A stretch of 12,236 bases of DNA from Rhodothermales bacterium (GTDB lineage Bacteria > Bacteroidota > Rhodothermia > Rhodothermales > VXPQ01), in assembly GCA_040904565.1 (NCBI GenBank), contig JBBDTI010000008.1:1-12236 (forward strand). Direction: 5' to 3'. The first letter of the stretch is position 1, and each line of letters opens with the position of its first letter. Shown one piece after another: positions 1 through 8,009 of the stretch. A program made the position numbers and the translations under genes. The notes beneath the pieces were generated by a model. The model had not been told where the DNA came from. It saw only the letters and a program-made list of their open reading frames with translations, and searched no databases.

Positions 1-2
1 TC

Positions 3-1775
3 TGCATTATTGCTCATATCGATCATGGCAAGAGTACGCTGGCCGATCGACTCCTCGAAGTGACGGGAACCGTTACGGATCGGGACATGCAGGAGCAGGT
101 GCTCGACAGCATGGACCTAGAACGCGAGCGCGGCATCACGATTAAGAGCCATGCCGTTCGCATGACGTACCAGGCCGAGGACGGCGAGGAGTACGTGCTG
201 AATCTGATCGATACGCCGGGGCACGTGGACTTCACGTACGAAGTGTCACGCGCGCTGAAAGCCTGCGAGGGTGCCATACTCGTCGTCGACGCGGCGCAGG
301 GTATCGAGGCGCAAACGATATCGAATTTGCATCTCGCCCTGGGGCACGACCTCGAGATCATCCCCGTGGTGAATAAGGTCGATCTCCCGAATGCCCGTCC
401 CGACGTCGTGGCCCAGTCGATCGAAGACCTGATTGGCGAGCCGGCGGAAGACGTCATCCAGATGAGTGCCAAGACGGGCGCAGGTATCGACCGCCTTCTG
501 GAAGATCTTGTGCGCCGCGTGCCGCCCCCGAAGGGAGATCCGGAGGCACCCCTGAAGGCCCTGATTTTCGACTCTGTATTCAATCAGTATCGCGGCTCGA
601 TCGTGTACGCGCGGCTTTTCGACGGCACGCTGCGGAAGGGGGATGCGATGCGCTTCATGTCCAATTACAAGGAGTACGATGCCGAAGAGATCGGATTTCT
701 TCAGCTCACGATGAAGCCGGTGAATGAACTGCGCGCCGGCGACGTGGGCTACATCATCGGTTCCGTCAAGGACGTGCACGATACGCGGGTCGGTGATACG
801 ATTACGCTGGCATCGAATCCGGCAGATGAACCCATCAAGGGATTCAGAGAGGTCAAGCCGATGGTCTTCAGCGGCGTGTATCCAACCGACGCCGACGATT
901 TCGAAGATCTCCGTTCATCGCTGGAGAAACTTCAGCTGAACGACGCCGCGCTTACATACGAGCCCGAGACTTCCGCCGCGCTCGGGTTCGGTTTTCGTAT
1001 CGGCTTTCTTGGATTGCTCCATATGGAGATCATTCAGGAACGTCTCGACCGAGAATTCGGGCTGGATATCATAACGACGGTGCCGAACGTTAAATATGAG
1101 GTCGTGCGGAGCGACGGCACGAAGGTCATCGTGGACAATCCGAACAGCATGCCGAAACGCGGCGGCATCGAACGCGTCCGAGAGCCGTTCGTCAAGGCAG
1201 AGATTATCACGCCGAGTGATTACATCGGCAACCTGATGCAGCTGTGTCAGGATCGGCGCGGCGTGTACGTAAATCAGTCGTATCTGGACACCGAACGCGT
1301 CAATTTGCATTACGAGCTTCCGCTCGCCGAAATTGTGTTCGACTTTTACGACAAGTTGAAAAGCCTCAGTCGCGGATATGCCTCGTTCGACTACGAGTTT
1401 ATCGACTACCGGGAGAGCGACCTGGTTAAGCTCGACATTCTGATCAATGGGGATGCCGTCGATGCGCTATCGACCATCGTACACCGCGACAAGGCGTACG
1501 ACATGGGGCGAAAATTGACGCTGAAGCTCAAGGAACTCATCCCCCAGCAGATGTTCGAGGTGGCCCTCCAGGCTTCGATCGGCAACAAGGTAATCGCCCG
1601 TGAGACCGTCCGCGCCATGCGCAAGGACGTTACGGCCAAGTGCTACGGGGGCGACGTTTCACGCAAACGCAAACTGCTCGAGAAGCAGAAGGAGGGAAAG
1701 AAGCGAATGAAACAGGTGGGCAAGGTCGAGGTACCCCAGGAGGCCTTCCTCGCCGTGCTTTCCATGGAGGACTGA
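3..1775 (+). CDS. lepA: Elongation factor 4 (LepA), 5'-truncated by the window edge
   Basis: The frame is open from position 3 ([20 protein letters not shown]1/P-loop), upstream of the ORF-track start at 60. It contains RGITIK (G2), DTPGH (G3), NKVD (G4), [14 protein letters not shown] and the LepA-specific C-terminus [25 protein letters not shown]. Stop TGA at 1773-1775. Confidence 0.99.
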   Translation, partial: CIIAHIDHGKSTLADRLLEVTGTVTDRDMQEQVLDSMDLERERGITIKSHAVRMTYQAEDGEEYVLNLIDTPGHVDFTYEVSRALKACEGAILVVDAAQGIEAQTISNLHLALGHDLEIIPVVNKVDLPNARPDVVAQSIEDLIGEPAEDVIQMSAKTGAGIDRLLEDLVRRVPPPKGDPEAPLKALIFDSVFNQYRGSIVYARLFDGTLRKGDAMRFMSNYKEYDAEEIGFLQLTMKPVNELRAGDVGYIIGSVKDVHDTRVGDTITLASNPADEPIKGFREVKPMVFSGVYPTDADDFEDLRSSLEKLQLNDAALTYEPETSAALGFGFRIGFLGLLHMEIIQERLDREFGLDIITTVPNVKYEVVRSDGTKVIVDNPNSMPKRGGIERVREPFVKAEIITPSDYIGNLMQLCQDRRGVYVNQSYLDTERVNLHYELPLAEIVFDFYDKLKSLSRGYASFDYEFIDYRESDLVKLDILINGDAVDALSTIVHRDKAYDMGRKLTLKLKELIPQQMFEVALQASIGNKVIARETVRAMRKDVTAKCYGGDVSRKRKLLEKQKEGKKRMKQVGKVEVPQEAFLAVLSMED

Positions 1776-1784
1776 GACGGACAC

Positions 1785-2600
1785 GTGGTGCGAAACGACT
1801 TCCACATAGGTGCCGCCGCAGCGCTGGTTGCGATCGCCTGCACGGGTTTTCTGATCCGGCCGGCGCAGTCTCAGTCGCTGGTGGAAATGTACAGATCGGC
1901 TCGGTTTCAGGCGCAGGTAGAGCGCATCTTCGAGCGGTACGGCGTTCGAGCCGAGCCGCGTCCTCTCCAATCTCTTCCATACGTCAGCGAATCTGTCCGG
2001 AGGCAGATGGCTGTGATATACCCGCCACCGGCTGTGGAACCGCCGCCGGTCGAAGAGCCGTCGATTCGAATCGAGAAGACGAGCCTGACGCCGAGGCTCG
2101 GGGCCGGCTGGTTCGAGCGCGAATTCGCGGAAACGCAGTGGTCGTTTATCGGCAGCAACACGTTCGACGCCATCGATACCACGTACACCAGGGACCTTCG
2201 TGCCATGCTCGAAGCGCACTTTGGTTCGCCGACCCGCACGATTGCGGATATTTCCGATACAGACGATGAATCCCGCGAATATATCCAGTTTCAGTACTGG
2301 TTTGTGCTGAACGATACGATTCCGGTTAAAGTGATGGACGTCAACGGGACTTTCGAGCGGGGCGTCGTGGTCGCTACCGATCAGTCCTACAGAAATGTGC
2401 TCCCCGACCTGAAGGCGGCGCTGCTTCAACCCGCGTTAAATGGCGGACGGCGTGCGCCGTACGTCGATTACTATTATCTGATGGAGCAGGGGATGTGGTT
2501 TCTTACTGGATTCGACGGAGAACGCTTTTTCGTGGATCGTATATCCCGTCCGAACCTGCGGCAGGGACGCCCGCGTATCGAGGACGTCCGGACCCCGTAA
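1785..2600 (+). CDS. Exported hypothetical protein (Sec/SPI signal peptide, Pro-rich linker, unknown C-terminal domain)
   Basis: 271-aa ORF filling the lepA-lepB gap on the same strand, with GTG 9 bp after the lepA stop (alternative GTG at 1788). Hydrophobic N-terminus IGAAAALVAIACTGFLI is followed by RPAQS|Q, then a YPPPAVEPPPVEEP linker and a globular-looking remainder. Confidence 0.85.
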   Translation: MVRNDFHIGAAAALVAIACTGFLIRPAQSQSLVEMYRSARFQAQVERIFERYGVRAEPRPLQSLPYVSESVRRQMAVIYPPPAVEPPPVEEPSIRIEKTSLTPRLGAGWFEREFAETQWSFIGSNTFDAIDTTYTRDLRAMLEAHFGSPTRTIADISDTDDESREYIQFQYWFVLNDTIPVKVMDVNGTFERGVVVATDQSYRNVLPDLKAALLQPALNGGRRAPYVDYYYLMEQGMWFLTGFDGERFFVDRISRPNLRQGRPRIEDVRTP

Positions 2601-2626
2601 CGTATCTATACTGAACGGATTTCATT

Positions 2627-3742
2627 TTGGCTGGATTGAGAGGGAGCAAGAAAGGGCGCCGGGGATCGGACGATCGCCTCGCTCGCATGTCGGCGGGAAA
2701 ATCAGACGGGAAGGAGGAGCCGAAGCCGAAGGGCGCGATACGCGAATGGACGGATGCCTTTGTATTCGTCCTGGTCGTCATGCTGATCGTGCGGACGCTG
2801 ATCTTCGATCTCTTCCGCATTCCCACCCCGTCGATGGAGAAGAGTCTCTTGATCGGGGATTATCTCTTCGTATCGAAGGTGCATTACGGCACGCGGACTC
2901 CAATGACTCTCGGGATTCCGTTCACACAGATCTACGTACCGGGGCTGCGCTTTCCGGAGCTCCGCCTTCCGGGCTTTACGGAGGTGGCACGGGGAGACGC
3001 GATCGTGTTCAATTTCCCTCCGGAAAACAGGCCGATCGATCGGAAGATGCATTACATCAAACGCGTCGTCGGGTTGCCCGGCGAGACGCTGGAGGTGGTG
3101 GACAAGGTCGTCCACGTGGATGGGGAGACCCTACCGCTGCGGGAAGACATGCAGCAGTACTGGAACGTTCACAAGAACGACCCGAGAGTGGCGCTTTCCG
3201 GTTCGGCCCTCCGGGATCTCGGTGTGTCCGACGTGCAGACGACGTCGGATCCGACCGTCGTGCGCGTGTTGTCGACCCCGGGCGCCATGCGCGAAATCGA
3301 GTCCTGGCCGTGGGTTGAGGACGTCGCACCGTACATCGCTCCCGACAACGTGGGATACAGTGCTCTAATGTACCCGCCGGGCCGCGGTTTTACTCCGGAC
3401 AACTACGGGCCGATACATATCCCGGAGGCCGGAGAGGTCGTCCAGCTGTCGGACGTAAACTGGCCCGTGTATGAGACCGTCATTACGAGATATGAGGGCC
3501 ACGCCGCCACGCGGCGAGATGACGGCGGCTTCGAGATCGACGGCCGGGCGGTAACGACGTATACGTTCGAGCAGGACTATTATTTTGTGATGGGTGATAA
3601 CCGCGACAATTCGGAGGACAGCCGCTTCTGGGGGTTCGTTCCCATGGATCACGTCGTAGGGAAGGCCTTGATGATTTATTTTTCCTGGGATGGTGAGGCC
3701 ATGCTCCCACGCTTCGGCAGGCTTTTCCACGTCATCGATTAG
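2627..3742 (+). CDS. lepB: Signal peptidase I (S26A), copy 1
   Basis: TM segment AFVFVLVVMLIV; box B IPTPSMEKSL (catalytic Ser codon 2831-2833); box C RGDAIVF; box D HYIKRVVGLPG (Lys codon 3059-3061); box E MGDNRDNSEDSRFWGFVP. Start uncertain: TTG 2627 or ATG 2687. Confidence 0.97.
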   Translation: MAGLRGSKKGRRGSDDRLARMSAGKSDGKEEPKPKGAIREWTDAFVFVLVVMLIVRTLIFDLFRIPTPSMEKSLLIGDYLFVSKVHYGTRTPMTLGIPFTQIYVPGLRFPELRLPGFTEVARGDAIVFNFPPENRPIDRKMHYIKRVVGLPGETLEVVDKVVHVDGETLPLREDMQQYWNVHKNDPRVALSGSALRDLGVSDVQTTSDPTVVRVLSTPGAMREIESWPWVEDVAPYIAPDNVGYSALMYPPGRGFTPDNYGPIHIPEAGEVVQLSDVNWPVYETVITRYEGHAATRRDDGGFEIDGRAVTTYTFEQDYYFVMGDNRDNSEDSRFWGFVPMDHVVGKALMIYFSWDGEAMLPRFGRLFHVID

Positions 3743-3749
3743 CCGCAGT

Positions 3750-3755
3750 GGAGGT
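3750..3755 (+). promoter_or_regulatory. Shine-Dalgarno sequence for the second lepB
   Basis: GGAGGT ends 8 nt before TTG 3764, supporting that start. Confidence 0.55.
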
Positions 3756-3763
3756 CTTGCCGC

Positions 3764-4858
3764 TTGTTCTACCGTCGAACCACATCCCCTGGAGGTGTCG
3801 CCTCGCGCGCGGAATCCGGACCCAGCATCGATGCCGGGAAGAAGCCGCGCGTCTCGCTCCGAGACTGGCTGCTGACCATCGTCATTGCCCTCAGCGCCGC
3901 GATGATCATACGCGGCTTCTTCATCGAGGCCTTCCGGATCCCTACGTCGTCGATGGAAAAGACGTTGCTTGCCGGCGACTTCGTGGTGGTTTCGAAGCTG
4001 CGCTACGGGCCGCGCCTTCCGCTTACGGTAGGTCTCCCATTTCTCAATCTGTACGTTCCCGGTGTGGAATTGCCCGGCGGACGCCTGCCCGGATTTCAGG
4101 ATCCGAATAGGGGTGACGTCATCGTCTTCAACTTCCCGAAGGAGGACGCACCCATCGGGCGCAAAACGCACTACATCAAGCGCATTGTCGGCCTGCCCGG
4201 TGACACGCTGTCGATCGTCGACAAGGTACCCTACGTCAATGGAAGGAGCGTGCCGCTGGCGGATGATATGCAGCAGAAATGGCTGGCGATCCGCAGGACG
4301 TCTCGGACATTTCCGATCGATCGACTCGTTGATGCAGGCGCAGAAGAGATCGGCCGGGTTGGAGAGCAGCTGGACGGGGTGGCGTTCCAGTCTACCGTCG
4401 CCCTGGCGCAGGAAGTCGGTGGATGGTCAGAGATTGAGTCCGTTCAACCGCTCGTCACGCCGAGGAACGCCGCGCGGGCCGGTGTCGTCTTCCCGGAAGG
4501 TGCCGGCCACGTTCCGGATAACTACGGCCCGCTTCACGTGCCCGCCCGCGGAGACAGCGTCCGATTGACGCGTGTCAACGTGCCGGCATATCGAGACGTC
4601 GTGGAACGGTACGAAGGGCACGATCTTGCCGTGCTCGGAGACGAAGTTTTCGTCGATGGCGAACCGGCCGCGACGTACGTCGTCGAGAAGGATTATTTCT
4701 TCGTGATGGGGGACAACCGGGACAGCTCGTTCGATAGTCGTATCTGGGGCTTCGTACCCTGGGATCACGTCGTCGGTAAGGCGACGCTCATCTATTTTTC
4801 CTGGGATCGAACGGGAAAGCGGCCGAGGTATGACCGACTGTTCACGCCGATCCGGTAA
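3764..4858 (+). CDS. lepB: Signal peptidase I (S26A), copy 2
   Basis: TM segment WLLTIVIALSAAMII; IPTSSMEKTL (Ser codon 3950-3952); RGDVIVF; HYIKRIVGLPG; MGDNRDSSFDSRIWGFVP. Collinear with copy 1 along its whole length. Confidence 0.97.
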   Translation: MFYRRTTSPGGVASRAESGPSIDAGKKPRVSLRDWLLTIVIALSAAMIIRGFFIEAFRIPTSSMEKTLLAGDFVVVSKLRYGPRLPLTVGLPFLNLYVPGVELPGGRLPGFQDPNRGDVIVFNFPKEDAPIGRKTHYIKRIVGLPGDTLSIVDKVPYVNGRSVPLADDMQQKWLAIRRTSRTFPIDRLVDAGAEEIGRVGEQLDGVAFQSTVALAQEVGGWSEIESVQPLVTPRNAARAGVVFPEGAGHVPDNYGPLHVPARGDSVRLTRVNVPAYRDVVERYEGHDLAVLGDEVFVDGEPAATYVVEKDYFFVMGDNRDSSFDSRIWGFVPWDHVVGKATLIYFSWDRTGKRPRYDRLFTPIR

Positions 4859-4983
4859 CTGGGACCCAGCCTTCCGACACGCGGTGCGCCAGACCGCACG
4901 CGCGAGGTCGACATGGTCCTTCGAACGGGCAACGCCGACCTGGCCTCAGCACCCGCCCTATTAAAACGTCCGTCGCCCTGCCC

Positions 4984-5970
4984 TTATCGAGATGCGCGAA
5001 GATGGTCGAATCGTTCCTGCTGGTCGGTTCCGGGCGGTACGTCGTAGGGATGATCCGGCAGTTCGACCCTATTCGGGACCGGATGCCGGTCCTCGAACTC
5101 GAATGGAATGGGATCGCCATTCGGATCTTCACCGAGCACGAGAACCGTCGTACCGAGTTCCTCGATCGGGCTGCCGATCGAGCCAATGTCTACGCGCCCG
5201 TTCGCTACTGTCCAGGGGTCAGCCCAATCGTAAATCCATCGCGCGTCGATGTCCACGAGACGAACGCATCCGTGGCTCGTAGGTCCTCCCGTGGGCATGG
5301 GATATTGGTGGATATGAATGCCCCTCGGGTTGTGGAAGTTGAACACCCAGTACATCTCCCAGCGTTCGCCGGGCGGACTCAGGGAGGAGACGCGGTACTC
5401 CGTCTTCCAGTTGAAGTTGAATCGCCCCGTCGGTGTCGGACTTGTCTCGGCCCCGGTATTCACGATGCCCCAGCGGGTCAGCTCTCCGTGTTCATAGGCG
5501 GCCCAGGCCTGAATGGTCTTGTGAATGATGAACAGCTTGTCGAATTCGCGTGCGCCTAGATAGTGTCGCGGGAACGGGGAGTACGCGCGAAAGTCCAGGT
5601 CGTACGTGTCAGGTATAACCAGCGTGTCGCCGATTTCTACGTTTCCCATCAGGCGCCGGTTCAGCAGCTCGACCAGCTTCGAGCGTTCCCGCCCCACCTC
5701 GGAATCTCCTCCACCGATGATCTTATAAAATGTGTTGCGTGCCAGCACGGTATTGGTTCGTCCGTCGCCAATCACGAAATAGCCGTAGGATACGTCCGGC
5801 AACGCGTCGAGGTCGTCGACTCGGTTCTGGAACAGGACGTTTTCGACCTCCGTCTGATTGACGTACGATTGTGCGGCCACGACCTGAGCCGTTAGGGCGA
5901 GTACGGCGGACAAGAGAAGAGGTTGGATAGAAGCCGTCGGGTTTATCATTCCGCGTATTAGGTTCCCCAC
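4984..5970 (-). CDS. L,D-transpeptidase (YkuD/ErfK family), exported
   Basis: VNTG..TSPTPTGRF followed by the catalytic signature GIHIH-x9-SHGCVRL. Signal peptide LLLSAVLALTAQVVAA|Q. Start is GTG 5970 or ATG 5949. Confidence 0.92.
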   Translation of the reverse strand: MGNLIRGMINPTASIQPLLLSAVLALTAQVVAAQSYVNQTEVENVLFQNRVDDLDALPDVSYGYFVIGDGRTNTVLARNTFYKIIGGGDSEVGRERSKLVELLNRRLMGNVEIGDTLVIPDTYDLDFRAYSPFPRHYLGAREFDKLFIIHKTIQAWAAYEHGELTRWGIVNTGAETSPTPTGRFNFNWKTEYRVSSLSPPGERWEMYWVFNFHNPRGIHIHQYPMPTGGPTSHGCVRLVDIDARWIYDWADPWTVANGRVDIGSIGSPIEELGTTVLVLGEDPNGDPIPFEFEDRHPVPNRVELPDHPYDVPPGTDQQERFDHLRASR

Positions 5971-6071
5971 TGGGGGGCCTCATTGGATTGAAGGCTGGAG
6001 TGCGCGGGAGCGTGTGGCGAAAGCAGCCGCGGCGGACGACGCGTCACGTGTCCGGGTGAACGAGGGAACCA

Positions 6072-6596
6072 TCACGTGGCCGGCTCGGCGAGGCGAAAGG
6101 CACGCGCGTGCCAGGTGTTTGCAGCCGCCTGCTCAAATTTGTCTTCTCGAAGGTCTGCAAGCGACTGGATGTTCAGGTCGAATACGCGGGTATCCGGGCC
6201 TACGTCGCCGGAACGCACGAGGCTCCGAAAATCCGACCGCGAAACGGATCGAATCCCGCCGTTCTCGTCTCGATAGTGAACGGTAAGCGCAGGTGACCAG
6301 TCGAAAGGCAACTCGTTGCTCGCCTTTTCCAGCGCGTGGACCGATGCGTCGATACCGCAGCCGGAGATGTCGCCTTCGACGATTCTGCCTGCGATCACGG
6401 CGAAACGTCCTTCCAGCACGTCGGCTGCGCTTTCCACCGGTCTGCCGTGCGACATCCAGGACGCACAGAAATCATTTAGTATTTCGGCGACCCGCTTCTC
6501 TTGCAGATCGTTCAGGTCTCGATCCGCGGCATAAACCCAGATACGAGCCTCATCGGGCAGATCCCGCAGCGGGTCGGGCATGTTCGGATCAGTCAT
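6072..6596 (-). CDS. Conserved hypothetical protein (Bacteroidota family I recall being labelled 'ABC transporter ATPase'; no ATPase motifs visible)
   Basis: Motifs LPDEARIWVY, WMSHG, SGCGIDASV, TRVFD and TWHARAF match my recollection of this ~160-170 aa family. The ATG at 6596 overlaps the xseB stop (ATGACTGA). Alternative ATG at 6581. Confidence 0.85.
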   Translation of the reverse strand: MTDPNMPDPLRDLPDEARIWVYAADRDLNDLQEKRVAEILNDFCASWMSHGRPVESAADVLEGRFAVIAGRIVEGDISGCGIDASVHALEKASNELPFDWSPALTVHYRDENGGIRSVSRSDFRSLVRSGDVGPDTRVFDLNIQSLADLREDKFEQAAANTWHARAFRLAEPAT

Positions 6597-6807
6597 TCGG
6601 GAGGGAAAGTTGTTGGATTCGCAGTTCGGCCTTTTCGAGACGGTTCATGCAGAACCTGGCCAGCGCAATTCCTTCGGCGTGAGCCTCAAGAGCTTCTTCC
6701 AGGGCGAAGCCGTCGCTCTCGAGTGTCTCGACGATCTCTTCCAGTCGCTCTACGGCCTGCTCGAACGTCAGGTCCTCCGGCAACTCATATGTGGATTCAT
6801 CCGGCAT
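6589..6807 (-). CDS. xseB: Exodeoxyribonuclease VII small subunit
   Basis: 72 aa with LTFEQAVERLEEIVETLESDGFALEEAL...EGIALARFC..RLEKAELRIQQL, the XseB pattern. xseA lies nearby on the same strand. Confidence 0.95.
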   Translation of the reverse strand: MPDESTYELPEDLTFEQAVERLEEIVETLESDGFALEEALEAHAEGIALARFCMNRLEKAELRIQQLSLPND

Positions 6808-6870
6808 CGGTTCTCGCGGAATCAGTCTGGATACTCCTCCTATTCACACGCCTTCGTAATGTTTTCAACC

Positions 6871-6922
6871 GGCTGTCCTTGATGACGGTCAGCCAAACTA
6901 CGTCCTTGGAAGGACCGTAGCC
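6871..6922. repeat. Two adjacent related imperfect inverted repeats
   Basis: GGCTGTCCTTGATGACGGTCAGCC (6871-6894) and CTACGTCCTTGGAAGGACCGTAG(CC) (6898-6922). Both share GTCCTTG...GACnGT(C)AGCC. Confidence 0.5.
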
Positions 6923-6982
6923 GTGAAGTGCGGCGGCCGTCGATCCCTGCTCGACCAGCGCGCGACTTCATGAACGTACCGG

Positions 6983-7114
6983 CCTGGTGCATAGGTCCTG
7001 GATTGAGGCCATGGTTTAAGATCCTGGTACGGAGTTTCTGGTCTGACGAGATGGTCTGACGAGATGGTCTGACGTTCTGGTCTCAGGTCCTGATACGGAA
7101 AACCGGTCTCAGCG
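6983..7114. repeat. Degenerate 13-bp tandem repeat, about 10 units
   Basis: Near-perfect core TGGTCTGACG at 7039, 7052 and 7065, with degenerate in-phase units on both sides (unit starts 6983, 6997, 7010, 7023, 7037, 7050, 7063, 7076, 7089, 7102). Confidence 0.8.
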
Positions 7115-7225
7115 CTCGAATTTTCGATACGGTGGACCCGCCGATACGCCAGGTCGATTATCTTTTAAAGCGCATCGAGGCATACGGTTCACCTAAAACG
7201 AATCAGAAAGGTATCGAGGCATCCC

Positions 7226-8002
7226 ATGGATCTTGGTCTGAAAAACAAAGTCGCCGTCGTGACGGGCTCTAGTCGCGGTATCGGGAAATACATCGCGGCC
7301 AGGCTGGCGGAAGAAGGCTGCAGTGTGACCGTCTGCGCGCGCAGCACCGACGATCTCGAGGAAACGGCCGCCGAACTGAGAGACGGTGGTGCCGACGTGC
7401 TGGCTCTGGAGACTGATCTGACGCGTGCGGAAGCACCGCAGGAGCTCATCGACGCGACGGTGGATCGATTCGGGCGTCTGGACATCCTCGTAAACAACGT
7501 AGGGGGAAACAGGCGGAAGCCGTTCGTCGAGACGACGGACGAGGACTGGGCCGACATTCTGGATCTGAACTTCAATTCACACATCCGATGCAGCCGCGCG
7601 GCGATCCCGTTCATGCGGGAAGCCGGGAGCGGTGCGATCGTCTTCATCTCGTCCATCTTCGGGCGGGAGGCGGGCGGACCCGGACTGTCGATCTACAACA
7701 CGACGAAGTCTGCCCTCATCAGCGTTTCCAAGATCATGGCCCTGGAGCTAGCCCCGGAAAATATTCGGGTCAACAGCGTCGCGCCGGGCTCCATCCGGTT
7801 TCCCGGCGGAAGCTGGGATCGACGCGTGCGGGAACAGCCGGATGAAATGAAGGCATTCGTGGAGCAGCACCTGCCGATCGGTCGATTCGGTAAGGCGGAG
7901 GAGGTGGCCGACGTGGTGGCCTTCCTCGTGTCGCAGCGTGCGAGCCTCGTAACCGGAGCGTGCCTGAACGTCGATGGCGGGCAATCGCACTCACTGATCT
8001 AA
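7226..8002 (+). CDS. Classical short-chain dehydrogenase/reductase (FabG-like), substrate unknown
   Basis: TGSSRGIG cofactor motif, LVNNVG, catalytic Ser in ISSI, YNTTK (YxxxK), IRVNSVAPG and TG..LNVDGG. The Arg in CARS suggests NADP(H) preference (inference). Confidence 0.96.
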   Translation: MDLGLKNKVAVVTGSSRGIGKYIAARLAEEGCSVTVCARSTDDLEETAAELRDGGADVLALETDLTRAEAPQELIDATVDRFGRLDILVNNVGGNRRKPFVETTDEDWADILDLNFNSHIRCSRAAIPFMREAGSGAIVFISSIFGREAGGPGLSIYNTTKSALISVSKIMALELAPENIRVNSVAPGSIRFPGGSWDRRVREQPDEMKAFVEQHLPIGRFGKAEEVADVVAFLVSQRASLVTGACLNVDGGQSHSLI

Positions 8003-8009
8003 CGGTAAA

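Noticed and set aside
60-62. GTG 60 as the lepA start
   Set aside because: The G1 motif is encoded upstream in frame, so the true start lies outside the window.
4859-4983. Terminator or ncRNA between the convergent lepB2 and L,D-transpeptidase genes
   Set aside because: Only short GC stems (CTGGG-A-CCCAG, GCGGT..ACCGC, AGGTCG..CGACCT), with no U-tract and no recognisable RNA family motif.
6983-7114. CRISPR array
   Set aside because: Units are 13 bp, contiguous and have no unique spacers. There are no cas genes in the window.
6808-7225. Small protein or known ncRNA (SRP, 6S, tRNA) in the intergenic gap
   Set aside because: The short ORFs (about 43 aa on - from 6971, about 29 aa on + from 6970) lack coding features. 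I see no SRP, tRNA or riboswitch consensus. An Rfam scan would settle it.
7226-8002. Calling the SDR fabG
   Set aside because: It has no fatty-acid synthesis context, and the NNVG and PGSIRFPGGSW segments differ from canonical FabG.
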